Below are positions 50,014 through 60,152 of a stretch of DNA of 64,000 nt, piece after piece. Within the stretch, counting starts at the first letter, position 1. Each line of letters opens with the position of its first letter. The translations under genes and the position numbers were made by a program. The stretch comes from Acidobacteriota bacterium. Its GTDB lineage: Bacteria > Acidobacteriota > UBA6911 > RPQK01 > JAJDTT01. Under the pieces are notes generated by a model. It worked only from the letters and a program-made list of their open reading frames with translations. It was not told the origin of the DNA and did not search any database. The DNA lies in NCBI GenBank assembly GCA_965217775.1, contig CBDCJH010000002.1, forward strand, positions 160,001 through 224,000, written 5' to 3'.

Positions 50014-52731
50014 ATGGACAGCGGCAAATGGGTGTTCCGGTTTGACGAAGTGCCTCCCGTGGAGACTCATCACGAAAGGGAGTCATTGCGGTCCCGGCTG
50101 GGTGGCAAGGGTGCGAGCCTGGCCGAGATGAGTCGCATCGGCCTGCCGGTGCCACCCGGTTTCATCATCACCACGGACGCGTGCGTCGAGTATCTGCGTT
50201 CGGGAGGCGACCTTCCGGAGGGGCTGTGGGACCAGGTGTTGGAGGCCATGGGGCGAATCGAGGAGGCCACCGGCAAGGGCTTTGGCGATGCGGAGAACCC
50301 ACTGCTCGTCTCCTGCCGGTCCGGGGCCATGCACTCCATGCCCGGGATGATGGATACGGTGCTCAACGTAGGACTCAACGACGAGACCGCTGCGGGGCTG
50401 ACGGCCGCTTCCGGAGACGAGCGGTTCGGGTTCGACGCCTATCGCCGTTTGATCCAGATGTTCGGAAGCGTGGTTCTGGAGTTGGGTGACGACGCATTCG
50501 AGGAGTCTCTGGAACGGATGAAACGCGATCGGCAGGTGGCGTCGGACGCAGAGATGACGGCTTCGGACTGGAAGGAGTTGACGGCTGGTTTCAAACGGAT
50601 CATCCGTGCGCAGGCTGGCATGGAGTTTCCCCAGGACCCCGTCGAACAACTGCGGATGGCGGTCCAGGCCGTCTTTGGAAGCTGGAACGGTAAACGCGCA
50701 ATCGACTATCGAAATGTCTCGGGCATCCCCCATGACCTGGGGACTGCGGTCAACGTCGTCTCCATGGTCTTCGGCAACATGGGTCTCGATTCCGGCACGG
50801 GTGTGGTCATTTCGCGGAATCCGGTGACCGGAGAACGGACTCTCTACGGCGACTATCTCCCGAACGCCCAAGGCGAGGACGTGGTGGCGGGAATCCGCAA
50901 CACACAGAGCATCATCGATCTCGGCGAACGGATGCCGGAGGTCGCCCGGGAGCTGACTCGGATCTGCCGGAAGCTGGAAGAGCGGTATCGTGACATGCAG
51001 GACGTGGAGTTCACCGTCGAGCGGCGCAAACTCTGGATCCTGCAGACGCGAACCGGGCAGAGAACCGCCAGAGCGGCGATTCGCATTGCGGTGGATCTCT
51101 GCAATGAAGGACGCGTCACCCGTGACGAAGCGCTGCTCCGGGTCCGTCCCGAGGATATCGACGTGTTTCTGCACCCGGCCTTCGCGCCTCGTGCCAAGGA
51201 TACGGCCAGGGACGCCGGAAACTTGCTGGGCCGCGGAGTCAACGCCTCTCCGGGGGCCGCCGTCGGACGGGTGGTTTTCGACGCCGATACGGCCGAGAGA
51301 TGGAGTCGAGAAGGAACCGACGTGGTCATGGTGCGCCCCTTCACCCGGCCCGACGACGTTCACGGCATGCTCGCGTCCCGTGGCATCCTCACCATCGAAG
51401 GCGGGGCGACGAGCCATGCCGCCGTGGTCGCGCGCCAGTTCGGCGTGCCCTGCGTCGTCGGAGCCGGAGGAATGGAACTTCGGGAGACGAAACGCCGGCT
51501 CAAGGCCAATGGACATCGGGTGCGCGAGGGGGATTGGATCTCCCTGGATGGGACCTCGGGAGAGATCTTTTTGGGAAGGATCCCGACTGTCGAATCCGAT
51601 CTGGAAAAACAGGAGGACCTGCAAACGCTTCTGTCCTGGGCCGACAGCCGTCGTCATCTCGGCGTCTTGGCCAACGCGGACCACCCCCAGGATGCCGTCC
51701 GGGCGCTGGCCTACGGCGCCGAAGGCGTGGGTCTTTGCCGGACCGAGCACATGTTCTTCGAAGCCACCCGCCTGCCCATCGTTCGGCAGATGATCCTGTC
51801 GAGTGACGAGACGGAACGCAAACCGGCTCTGGATCGTCTCCTTCCATTGCAGCGGGGGGACTTTGAAGGCCTTTTCAGGGTGATGGATGGGCGTCCCGTT
51901 GTGATCCGGCTCATCGATCCACCGCTGCACGAATTTCTACCCACGGAGAAGGAGATTCGGGACCGGCTGCGACTGTGCCGCGATGAGGGGCGGACTGAAG
52001 AGGTGAGTGAGTTGCAGCGAACCCTGGCCACGCTTCGAAAGCTGCACGAGAGCAATCCCATGATGGGGCTGCGGGGGATTCGGCTCAGTATCGTGATGCC
52101 GGGGATCGTGAGCATGCAGGTCCGGGCCGTCTTCGAGGCGGCCTGTAACGTGGTTCAGGAAGGCGGGACGGTCCGGCCCAAGATCCTGATCCCTCTGGTT
52201 GGGCACGTGAACGAGTTGAAAGTGGTCCAGCCGGTTCTGGAACGGGTGGCCGTGGAGGTCATGGGCGAAAGGGGATGCCGGCTCGAGTACATGTTCGGGA
52301 CCATGATCGAAGTTCCACGGGCCGCCATCACGGCGAATCAGTTGGCCGAAGTGGCCGAGTTCTTCTCGTTCGGCACCAACGACCTGACCCAGATGACGTT
52401 GGGCTATTCCCGCGACGACGCGGAGACGCACTTCTTGTTGCGCTATGTGGACGAGGGCATCCTGCCCTCGAATCCTTTCCAGACCCTGGATCAGGAGGGT
52501 GTGGGAAGGCTGGTTCGGATCGCGGTTCGAGAGGGAAGGGCGCGGCGTCCCAATCTTGAAATCGGGATCTGCGGCGAACACGGTGGGGATACGGAATCCA
52601 TCGATTTCTGTCACCGGATCAAGATGGACTACGTGAGCTGTTCCCCGTTCCGGGTTCCCGTGGCCCGCCTGGCGGCGGCCCAGGCCGCCATCCGGGCGGC
52701 CCCCCTCTTCGCCGAGGGGCAGATCCACTGA
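50014..52731 (+). CDS. ppdK: Pyruvate phosphate dikinase
   Basis: LGGKGA, SMPGMMDT, TSHAAVVAR, GLCRTEHMF, GICGEHGG. Confidence 0.96.
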   Translation: MDSGKWVFRFDEVPPVETHHERESLRSRLGGKGASLAEMSRIGLPVPPGFIITTDACVEYLRSGGDLPEGLWDQVLEAMGRIEEATGKGFGDAENPLLVSCRSGAMHSMPGMMDTVLNVGLNDETAAGLTAASGDERFGFDAYRRLIQMFGSVVLELGDDAFEESLERMKRDRQVASDAEMTASDWKELTAGFKRIIRAQAGMEFPQDPVEQLRMAVQAVFGSWNGKRAIDYRNVSGIPHDLGTAVNVVSMVFGNMGLDSGTGVVISRNPVTGERTLYGDYLPNAQGEDVVAGIRNTQSIIDLGERMPEVARELTRICRKLEERYRDMQDVEFTVERRKLWILQTRTGQRTARAAIRIAVDLCNEGRVTRDEALLRVRPEDIDVFLHPAFAPRAKDTARDAGNLLGRGVNASPGAAVGRVVFDADTAERWSREGTDVVMVRPFTRPDDVHGMLASRGILTIEGGATSHAAVVARQFGVPCVVGAGGMELRETKRRLKANGHRVREGDWISLDGTSGEIFLGRIPTVESDLEKQEDLQTLLSWADSRRHLGVLANADHPQDAVRALAYGAEGVGLCRTEHMFFEATRLPIVRQMILSSDETERKPALDRLLPLQRGDFEGLFRVMDGRPVVIRLIDPPLHEFLPTEKEIRDRLRLCRDEGRTEEVSELQRTLATLRKLHESNPMMGLRGIRLSIVMPGIVSMQVRAVFEAACNVVQEGGTVRPKILIPLVGHVNELKVVQPVLERVAVEVMGERGCRLEYMFGTMIEVPRAAITANQLAEVAEFFSFGTNDLTQMTLGYSRDDAETHFLLRYVDEGILPSNPFQTLDQEGVGRLVRIAVREGRARRPNLEIGICGEHGGDTESIDFCHRIKMDYVSCSPFRVPVARLAAAQAAIRAAPLFAEGQIH

Positions 52732-52825
52732 TCCCAGGTGCCTCGGATCTCCATGTCTTCAAATGAGTGCCGGAGGGGTGTTTCTTTCTGCTAAGATGAG
52801 CCCCGCGTACCGTGGGTAGCGACCT

Positions 52826-53842
52826 ATGAGGGTGACTCAGGCACAGAATCGGTGGAAACTGCTCTCCGGATATCTTACGGGGCGCGCCGATCTGGAAGCC
52901 TACCCCATCACCCTCATCATCGAGAACACCGGGAAATGCAACCTCAAGTGCCCCATGTGTCCCCGGGAGCTGGGCTACTACCCTCCTGAGGACTTCGACT
53001 TCGGCCTCTTCCAGCAGATCATCGACGAGATCAGCCAAAAAACCGAATTGGTATTCCCCTGGGGAGGCGGCGAGCCTCTCATGAATCCCGACATCTTTCG
53101 CATGGTGCGATATTGCAAGGACGCCGATATCTACACCGTGGTTTCGACCAACGCCACCCTGTTGGACCGGCGCCGGAGCCAGGAACTCCTGGAGTCGGGG
53201 CTGGACAGTCTCATCATCGCCTTCGACGGGACCACTCGCGAAACTTACGAGAAGTACCGCAAGGGAGCCAATTTCGAGAAGGTCAGCGCCAACATCCTGA
53301 GCTTCCTGGAGATGAAGAAGGTCCAGCGTCCCGATCTGTTCGTGGTGCTTCAGATGGTCCGTCTACCCGAGAATCAACACCAGGTCCGGGACTTCCAGAA
53401 GATGTGGTCCATCGACGGGGTCGACGAAGTTCGCATCAAGGAGGACGAGATCGTCATTCCGGACGTGGCGTTGGAGGAGAGAATCCAGCACACCCGGCGG
53501 CGGCATCCCTGCTACCAACTCTGGCAGGGGCCGGCCATGGTCAATTACAAGGGGGAATTTTTCCCCTGTTGCCACACCTGGCAGACCGAGCCCATCGGCA
53601 ACGTCCGAGACTCCTCCATCTACGACCTCTGGAATTCGGAGAGGATGGAGCGGATGCGGGAGGCTCATCTGAAGGGAGACCTGACCGACTATCCCGAGTG
53701 CCAGGACTGTCACGCGCCCAATCCCCGTCTCCCCGTCATCCTGGGCAGCTTCATGGTGGACACCCTCAAGGTCCGCCGCTGGATTCCCCGGATGGAGAAG
53801 CTGGCGATCTTCTACAAGATGCCGATCTTCAGGGACCACTAG
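52826..53842 (+). CDS. Radical SAM protein with SPASM/twitch domain
   Basis: CNLKCPMC, GGEPL; C-terminal C...PCC...IGN...CQDC. Confidence 0.9.
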   Translation: MRVTQAQNRWKLLSGYLTGRADLEAYPITLIIENTGKCNLKCPMCPRELGYYPPEDFDFGLFQQIIDEISQKTELVFPWGGGEPLMNPDIFRMVRYCKDADIYTVVSTNATLLDRRRSQELLESGLDSLIIAFDGTTRETYEKYRKGANFEKVSANILSFLEMKKVQRPDLFVVLQMVRLPENQHQVRDFQKMWSIDGVDEVRIKEDEIVIPDVALEERIQHTRRRHPCYQLWQGPAMVNYKGEFFPCCHTWQTEPIGNVRDSSIYDLWNSERMERMREAHLKGDLTDYPECQDCHAPNPRLPVILGSFMVDTLKVRRWIPRMEKLAIFYKMPIFRDH

Positions 53843-53859
53843 CCCGAAATGCGGGCTGG

Positions 53860-54099
53860 CCCGCATTTCTCACCAGGGGGCGTGACGATCGCGCAGGATT
53901 TTCGCCCTCAGCGCGTGCTCGCGACCGAGAGCGTAGTGGTGACTACGTTTGAGGGAGCATGTGCGCGCTGAGGGCGAAAAGACCAGCGAGGGCGCGCCCA
54001 GCGAAGTCTGTTCCCGAGAGACCTTGGCAATAGGCCGGTAAGTGGTGAAGAATAAATTCTTTTTCATCATAAGCATAGCGGCCTGGTGAGAAATGCGGG
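53860..54099 (+). mobile_element. MITE family B, copy 2
   Basis: Ends CCCGCATTTCTCACCAGG and CCTGGTGAGAAATGCGGG; flanks CTGG/CTAG; similar along its length to 41042-41282. Confidence 0.88.
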
Positions 54100-55763
54100 C
54101 TAGAGTTCTGATCCTGTTGATTCTGGGGACTCAGCTCCCTTTCCTCTTCCAGGCATTCCACATCGACGACCGCATCTATCTGCGGGTGGCCGAAAACATT
54201 CTGCAGACGCCCCTCTATCCCTACGACTTCCGTATCAGTTTCGAGGGCATGGGGGCGCCCGATGCCGCCAGTCACAGCCACCTGCCCCTGGTGAGCTACT
54301 ATCTGGCATTGCTGAAGTGGGTGACCAACAGCGAGGCCGAGTGGGTCTACCATCTCGGCTTTCTGGTCTTTCCCTTCTTGGCGGCGTGGGGGTTCCACGA
54401 TCTGGCGCGCCGCTATGTCCGGTTTCCCCTGGCCGCATCCTGCCTCCTGGTCACGGCGCCCGGTTTTCTCGTTTCCAGCCACACCGTCATGACCGACGTC
54501 CCCTTCTGGTCCCTTTGGATCGTGGCCCTTTCCCGTTTCCTGCGGGTGCGGGACGGGACCGCCACGGGTTGGGACTGGCTGATCTGGGGAGTTTCATTGC
54601 TGGGAACCTGTTTCATCTCCGTTTTGGGGGCCGGCTTGGTACTGCTGATGCTGGTCTGCCTCTTCCTGCGGGAGGCTGGGGCTCCCCGGATCTCCAGGGG
54701 AAAGATGCTGCTGGTCCTGGCCTCTCCGCTGCTGCTGTGGGGTCTTTGGTACCTGCGCGCCTTTCTCCACTACGATCGCTTTCTGCTGCTGAACACGGCT
54801 ATTCACGCACTCGGACGAGACATCTATTCGGGTTCGATCGTGGGGGAGAAAACACTCTCCCTGCTGCTGAACCTGGGTGGAACGGTGCTCTTTCCCGTGG
54901 CGCTCTGGTACGGTCTGGCCGGCCGCATCGGCGCCCGCATTCTGGCCGTCCTGTTCCTGCTCGCCTTCGTCCCCTTCTATCTGTGGTGGGAGGACTGGAC
55001 CTGGAGCCAGGCATTTCTGTTTTCCCTGTTTCTCTCCAGCGGCGTGGCGGTGTTCTGGCGTTTTCTGTCCGGCTTCGGGACCGAACTCCTCTTTAAACGG
55101 GACTGGCGCTGGCTTCCCATCTGGCTCTGGTTCTTCGGGGGCTGCCTGGCGTGCCTCCTCATGTACTATTCGGGATCGGTGCGATACTCGACGCTGGTGG
55201 CGGGACCGGTGATTCTGCTCTGGATCGCCTCCCTGGAGCAACGGGTCAAGGAGGCCTATCTGCTCCGGAACCTGGTCTGGCTCGGGGTGGTCCTGACCGC
55301 CGTCTACTCTCTGACCATAGCCCACGCCGACTACCGTTTCGCTCGGAGCTACCGGCAGGCGGCCCAGGAGATCGCACAGGATTACGGACACGAGGGGAAA
55401 ACGCTCTGGTTCACGGCCGAGTGGGGTTTCCGCCATTACCTGGAGCGGGAGGGAGCCAAGATACTGGAGCGGACCGAAGTCGGCCCCGAGGCCGGAGATA
55501 TCCTGGTCAAGCCGGTCCTGGCTTCCCCGTGGGTGACCCTCTACGATTCCGACGAATACCTCGATCTGCTGGAGCAGCGCCCGGCCCGCATGAGCACTCC
55601 GTGGCGCATTCTGGACCCGTCCTCCCACGCTGGGTTCTACAGCACGGGCTGGGGCATGCTCCCCGTCAGCATCACCGGAGGAATGCCTTGGGAGTGGTTC
55701 AATATCTTCCGGGTCAAGAAGCCCTATGATGGTCCCGTCCCCGAGCCTGCAACCCACTGGTGA
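54093..55763 (+). CDS. GT-C fold (ArnT/PMT-like) membrane glycosyltransferase
   Basis: HIDD acidic motif after the first TM, HLPL..YYLA, MTDVP, many TM segments. Confidence 0.7.
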   Translation: MRARVLILLILGTQLPFLFQAFHIDDRIYLRVAENILQTPLYPYDFRISFEGMGAPDAASHSHLPLVSYYLALLKWVTNSEAEWVYHLGFLVFPFLAAWGFHDLARRYVRFPLAASCLLVTAPGFLVSSHTVMTDVPFWSLWIVALSRFLRVRDGTATGWDWLIWGVSLLGTCFISVLGAGLVLLMLVCLFLREAGAPRISRGKMLLVLASPLLLWGLWYLRAFLHYDRFLLLNTAIHALGRDIYSGSIVGEKTLSLLLNLGGTVLFPVALWYGLAGRIGARILAVLFLLAFVPFYLWWEDWTWSQAFLFSLFLSSGVAVFWRFLSGFGTELLFKRDWRWLPIWLWFFGGCLACLLMYYSGSVRYSTLVAGPVILLWIASLEQRVKEAYLLRNLVWLGVVLTAVYSLTIAHADYRFARSYRQAAQEIAQDYGHEGKTLWFTAEWGFRHYLEREGAKILERTEVGPEAGDILVKPVLASPWVTLYDSDEYLDLLEQRPARMSTPWRILDPSSHAGFYSTGWGMLPVSITGGMPWEWFNIFRVKKPYDGPVPEPATHW

Positions 55764-57354
55764 GCGGCCGCGGCCGGCGCCGGATCGATTCGCGGTCCTC
55801 TTCCTGGGACTGGGCGTCCTGGTGCTGCACCTGGTCTGGCTGGCGCAGGATGAGCAGCCCCAGGTCTGGGACATGGCGCACCATCAGATCAAGGGCTGGG
55901 AGTCGCTCCGGACCCTGAACGCCGGGAGGCTGCCGGAAGACTTTCCCTCACTCTCCTCTTACTACCCACCCCTCTACTACCTCCAGGAAATGGTGGTTCT
56001 GTCCCTGTGGCCCAACCGGGACGCCCTGGTCTTCCTTTCCAATCTTCCGGGGCTGATCATGCTCTTCGGCGGCGTCTGGTGGCTGGCCTCCAGATGTCTG
56101 ACGCAGGGAACCGCCCCCTGGGCGGCGCTGCTGGCCTGGTGCTTTCCCCTCGTGGCCTGGACCAGCCGCTTCTCTCTCTTGGACGTGGCGCTCAGCGGGT
56201 GGGTCATGCTGGCCCTCTGCCTGGTGGCCAAAAGCCGCCATCTGGAACGAAAGGGCTACAGCCTGTTGCTGGGTCTGGTCATCGCGGCGGGGCTCTTGAC
56301 CAAGTGGACCTTCATCCTGTTTCTGGTGTTTCCGTTGGTTTGGGCGCTGGTCCGCTCCCGGAACCGGAAGCGTTCGCTCCTGAATCTGGTCGATGCCGCG
56401 CTGGTGGCTGCTCCTCCGGTCTTCTGGTGGTACCTGCCCAATGCCGGGAACCTGCTGGAGCGCTTCACTCTCACCATGCAGGCGGCTGGATGGGAACACG
56501 ACCCCGGTCTGGGTTCCCTGCTGGGCTGGCTTTACTATCCCAGGTCGCTGGCCAGCTACTACCTGTTCCTTCCCCTCACCGTGCTCTTCATCGTGGGGGC
56601 CGTCCTCAAGTCCGAGCGGAAGCGGGACCGGCCTCCGGAGGTGGGCCTGATCCGATGGAGCTTCTGGGGGGGACTTTTTCTGCTGACGATGTTGGAGGCC
56701 AAGGATCCAAGATATGTCCTTCCGCTGGCCGGACCGTTGGCCATTATGATTTTCCTGCCCTGGGATCGGCGCCGGTGGGTCGTACGCCTGGCGGCGATGC
56801 TGGCGCTGCTCCAATTTCTGGCCGTCTCGTTCCCTCTGCCTCTGGTCCCCGGAAAGCTGGCTCTTTTCCAGGTTTCTGACGATGGAGACTACCGGGGCGC
56901 CGGACGGGAGTGGGTCTTGTTCGCGTCCCGCTATTTCGACGTGGCCGGTCCGCCGCGGCGGGAAAACTGGCGCCACCGGGAGATCCTGGAGCAGATTCCC
57001 GAGGGGGCCGGAGTCGGCTTCGTCCCCGACTTGGCGCACTTTCATCTCTTGGCCCTCCGCCTCCAGGCTCTGGAGTCGGGAAGGGAACTGGACGTCATCC
57101 GGCTGGGCCATTCGGCGGAGTCAGTGGAGCATCTGCGCCGCGTGCAGGCCGTGGTCGGGAAGACGGGACACCAGGGGATCAGCTATCTCACCGCCTTCAA
57201 TCCAGCGGTGTACGAGCGCCTGGAGCAGACCGGTTGGCGTGTCTCCCGGCGCTGGCCGCTGCCCGACGGCAGCGAGGCACTTCTCTGGTTGCCTTCCGGC
57301 CATGGTGAAACGGCAGCCAACGGCCGGTCGAATGCCGTGCGTGACGATCTCTGA
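55726..57354 (+). CDS. GT-C fold (ArnT/PMT-like) membrane glycosyltransferase
   Basis: WDMAHH, YYPPLYY, LLDVAL, GLLTKWT, KDPRYVLP. Confidence 0.75.
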   Translation: MMVPSPSLQPTGERPRPAPDRFAVLFLGLGVLVLHLVWLAQDEQPQVWDMAHHQIKGWESLRTLNAGRLPEDFPSLSSYYPPLYYLQEMVVLSLWPNRDALVFLSNLPGLIMLFGGVWWLASRCLTQGTAPWAALLAWCFPLVAWTSRFSLLDVALSGWVMLALCLVAKSRHLERKGYSLLLGLVIAAGLLTKWTFILFLVFPLVWALVRSRNRKRSLLNLVDAALVAAPPVFWWYLPNAGNLLERFTLTMQAAGWEHDPGLGSLLGWLYYPRSLASYYLFLPLTVLFIVGAVLKSERKRDRPPEVGLIRWSFWGGLFLLTMLEAKDPRYVLPLAGPLAIMIFLPWDRRRWVVRLAAMLALLQFLAVSFPLPLVPGKLALFQVSDDGDYRGAGREWVLFASRYFDVAGPPRRENWRHREILEQIPEGAGVGFVPDLAHFHLLALRLQALESGRELDVIRLGHSAESVEHLRRVQAVVGKTGHQGISYLTAFNPAVYERLEQTGWRVSRRWPLPDGSEALLWLPSGHGETAANGRSNAVRDDL

Positions 57355-57360
57355 CTCCGG

Positions 57361-57780
57361 TCAGTCCGATTCGGGAAGAACCGCTACGGTCCTGATTTCC
57401 ACGAGGGCCTTGGAGCCGGCCAGAGACTCGATATTGAGCAAGGTGTTGGTGGGATAGTCTCCATTCGGGTAGAGAGCGGGGAACAGTTCCCGGCGGGCCT
57501 CCAGGAAGGGACCGACCGATTCCACACCCACCAGGTAGGTGGTGAACTCCACCACGTCACCGAAGGAGGCGCCGGCGCCTTCGAGAATCCGGCCGATGTT
57601 CTCGAAAACCTGCCGCGTCTGGGCCGCGGCATCTCCTTCACCCACCAGCTTGCCGTCGGGTGCAGAGGCGGTCTGACCGGCGATGAAGAGAAGGCCTCCG
57701 GCACTCACGGCGTAGGAGTATTCTCCACCCGGAGGAAACACCCCCGGTGGATTGATGGCGGTTCGTTTTTTTCGGCTCAT
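57361..57780 (-). CDS. RidA/YjgF-family protein
   Basis: YSYAV, LFIAGQ, QTRQVFENI, LVEI. Confidence 0.88.
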   Translation of the reverse strand: MSRKKRTAINPPGVFPPGGEYSYAVSAGGLLFIAGQTASAPDGKLVGEGDAAAQTRQVFENIGRILEGAGASFGDVVEFTTYLVGVESVGPFLEARRELFPALYPNGDYPTNTLLNIESLAGSKALVEIRTVAVLPESD

Positions 57781-58481
57781 CGACTCGTCTCCATGGGTGA
57801 GCTCGGCTTTCTGGCCGTACAGACATAGCCCAGTGTCGTGTTTCGGGTTGGGTCCAGGAAGTCGAGAATGGGCAGTAGGATTCCCAGGACTCCGCCCAGG
57901 ACGGCAGCCAATGGGAACAGCAGCCACCGCCATCCTCCCTGGAAGTAGAGTGTCGAATCCAGCAGCCGTCTTCCCAGAAGCGTGAAGAATCCACCGCCGG
58001 CTTCGATGGCAATGTCGGCAAAACCGGCCCGCTCCAGCAGCCAGTGGAGGCCGGGACGGGTATAGCGGAAGTAGTCGTGGGGAGCCTGATGGACTCCCCA
58101 TTCCTGGGGCGCCGCCAGGAGCAAGCGGGCACCGGGAGCCAGTACCCGGCTCAGCTCTTCCAGCACCGCCCGGGGGTCCCGGACGTGCTCCAGGACCACG
58201 ATGTTGATGGCCGCGCCGAAGGAGCCGTCCCGAAACGGCAGCCGCGCCAGATCCGCCACTCCGTCGAGCTGCGAGTAGTCCCAATCGGCGTCTCCCACGG
58301 CCAGGTCCACGGCCAAGTAGCGGCAATGGGAGAATTCGCGGGCGTACCGGCACTCGCCGGCGCCCGCGTCCAGCACCCGGGTGCCGGCCGGCAGGGAACG
58401 GGCGAACTCGGCCACACGGTCCTCGATCAAGGCTTCGAACCGGAGAATCAGCCGATGCAGCCAACGGGGCAGCCGATTCAT
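57777..58481 (-). CDS. Class I SAM-dependent methyltransferase
   Basis: VLDAGAG, LPFRDGSF, VLEHV, PHDYFRYT. Confidence 0.88.
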   Translation of the reverse strand: MNRLPRWLHRLILRFEALIEDRVAEFARSLPAGTRVLDAGAGECRYAREFSHCRYLAVDLAVGDADWDYSQLDGVADLARLPFRDGSFGAAINIVVLEHVRDPRAVLEELSRVLAPGARLLLAAPQEWGVHQAPHDYFRYTRPGLHWLLERAGFADIAIEAGGGFFTLLGRRLLDSTLYFQGGWRWLLFPLAAVLGGVLGILLPILDFLDPTRNTTLGYVCTARKPSSPMETSR

Positions 58482-58604
58482 CGTCCGCCGGTGCCAGGGT
58501 GTGATTTCGTTGGGACCGGTCATGCTGCTGAGAAAGGACGAATGACGAACCGATAGACGAATAGTGCAGCGCACCGGCGTTCCCACCGATTCCGCCCCCG
58601 GCCG

Positions 58605-59048
58605 TTACGGGCCATCATCGAGACGGCAGGCTCGCAGAAAGTAGTCGGGGAACGTGCACGGTCGGCCGTGCCCGTTGGTGGCAATGTGCCGGCTTTCTCC
58701 CCGGGCGTAGTTCACGCTTCCGGTGGGGTCCACGATCCGGTAACCAAAGGTCATCCCCCGCCGGCCCAGGCGCTTGAGACGGGTTCGTATCATGAACTCG
58801 CGGTCGTAAGAGAGTGGCTTCATGTAGCGGCAATTGATTTCCACAACCGGAAGGAACGTCTGCGATTCCCGTTCCAGATGGTCGTAGCTCAAGCCCAACT
58901 CCCGAAAGAACTCGAGCCGCGCGACCTCGAACCAGATCAGATGGTTGGAATGGTGAGCGAACCCCATCTGGTCGGTCTCGGCGTAGCGCACCCGGAATCG
59001 GGTTTCAGCGACACGGTCTCGAATCATCATGATGTCACCGGGCTCCAT
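58605..59048 (-). CDS. YbgC/FadM-type acyl-CoA thioesterase
   Basis: RVRYAETDQMGFAHHSNHLIWFEVAR. Confidence 0.88.
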   Translation of the reverse strand: MEPGDIMMIRDRVAETRFRVRYAETDQMGFAHHSNHLIWFEVARLEFFRELGLSYDHLERESQTFLPVVEINCRYMKPLSYDREFMIRTRLKRLGRRGMTFGYRIVDPTGSVNYARGESRHIATNGHGRPCTFPDYFLRACRLDDGP

Positions 59049-59097
59049 GGCTCCCAGTCTACTACGGACGAAAGAGGAGAGAGGATCATTACGATAG

Positions 59098-59255
59098 CAG
59101 TCCGTGGTGAAAGTCCCGCGAGCACCGAGACCGTTCCTGCGCCCGCCGGACAAGGCGCGATGAGGGAGCATACCGTGAGTATGTGACCGAATCGCAACGC
59201 AGTCCGCCGGGATGCAGGGACGGTCGAATGCCGTGACGACTTTTGCCACGGGCTG
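59098..59255 (+). mobile_element. MITE family A, copy 4
   Basis: CAGTCCGTGGTGAAAGTC...GACTTTTGCCACGGGCTG with a perfect ATAG 4-bp duplication. Confidence 0.9.
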
Positions 59256-59353
59256 ATAGGCAGCCGACGCTTCAACACCGTTCTATTCTTTATCTCACCC
59301 GCAAGTCGGATACCTCGAATGGGACCGATCCACCCCGGAGCCACGCGGCACCT

Positions 59354-59383
59354 CCTCTTCTCTCACTCCTCACTCCTCACTCC
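59354..59383. repeat. CTCACTC heptamer element
   Basis: CCTCTTCT-CTCACTC-CTCACTC-CTCACTC-C. Confidence 0.75.
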
Positions 59384-59432
59384 TTCTCTTGAGCCTTGAT
59401 TCGTATGGGCCGGGACTGGAATACTCGGGTCC

Positions 59433-60152
59433 ATGGTTCCACATCGTCGGCTGCTGGCCACCTCTATTCTGTGTGTCTTGCCATTGTTCTCCCTCACGGA
59501 GGTCCCGGCCCAGAAGTACGTGCCCGACCTGCCGGTGGTGGAGACCGATTCCGATGGCCGCCCTCCCGCCGACGCCCTGGTTCTGTTCGACGGCTCCGGA
59601 AACTTTGGCTTCACCCAACCGGATGGCAGTCCGGCGGACTGGAAGGTGGAGGATGGCGTGCTGATTGCGGGGGATCACGACCTCATCAGCAAGGATTGGT
59701 TCCGGGACGCCCAGGTCCACGTCGAGTTCAATCTACCCGGCGACGACCCGTCCCACGGCAACAGTGGCCTCTATTTTCACGACCTGTACGAGGTCCAGAT
59801 CCTGGATTCCCACAACCCCAACAGATTCACCGCGAAACAGCAGTGCGCCTCACTCTTCAACCTCTACGCCCCCATGGTCAACGTGACCCGGGCGCCGGGC
59901 GAGTGGCAGAGCTACGACATCCTGTTTCGAGCCGCCCGCCTGGACCGGCGATCAGGCAAGGTCGTGAAACCGGCCCGTTTTACGATTCTTCACAATGGAG
60001 TCCTGGTCCAGTACGAGCGCACCCTCAGGGAAGGGACGGGCCGGGGCCGGAGAAACCCCATGGTCTCGGAGGGACCGCTGAAGCTGCAGGCCCATGGGAG
60101 TCCGGTTCGATTCCGCAATATCTGGATCCGGCGCCTGCCGTATCAGCCCTGA
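59433..60152 (+). CDS. DUF1080 (3-keto-disaccharide hydrolase-like) secreted protein
   Basis: LFDG, GNSGLY, YEVQILD, GEWQSYDI, LQAHG..VRFRNIWI. Confidence 0.88.
   Translation: MVPHRRLLATSILCVLPLFSLTEVPAQKYVPDLPVVETDSDGRPPADALVLFDGSGNFGFTQPDGSPADWKVEDGVLIAGDHDLISKDWFRDAQVHVEFNLPGDDPSHGNSGLYFHDLYEVQILDSHNPNRFTAKQQCASLFNLYAPMVNVTRAPGEWQSYDILFRAARLDRRSGKVVKPARFTILHNGVLVQYERTLREGTGRGRRNPMVSEGPLKLQAHGSPVRFRNIWIRRLPYQP

Noticed and set aside
58605-59249. Shared N-terminal peptides (MAKVV.AFDRPCIP...) in ORFs 30100-30315, 33131-33538 and 58605-59249 as a protein family
   Set aside because: They are translations of MITE A copies, not real coding sequence.
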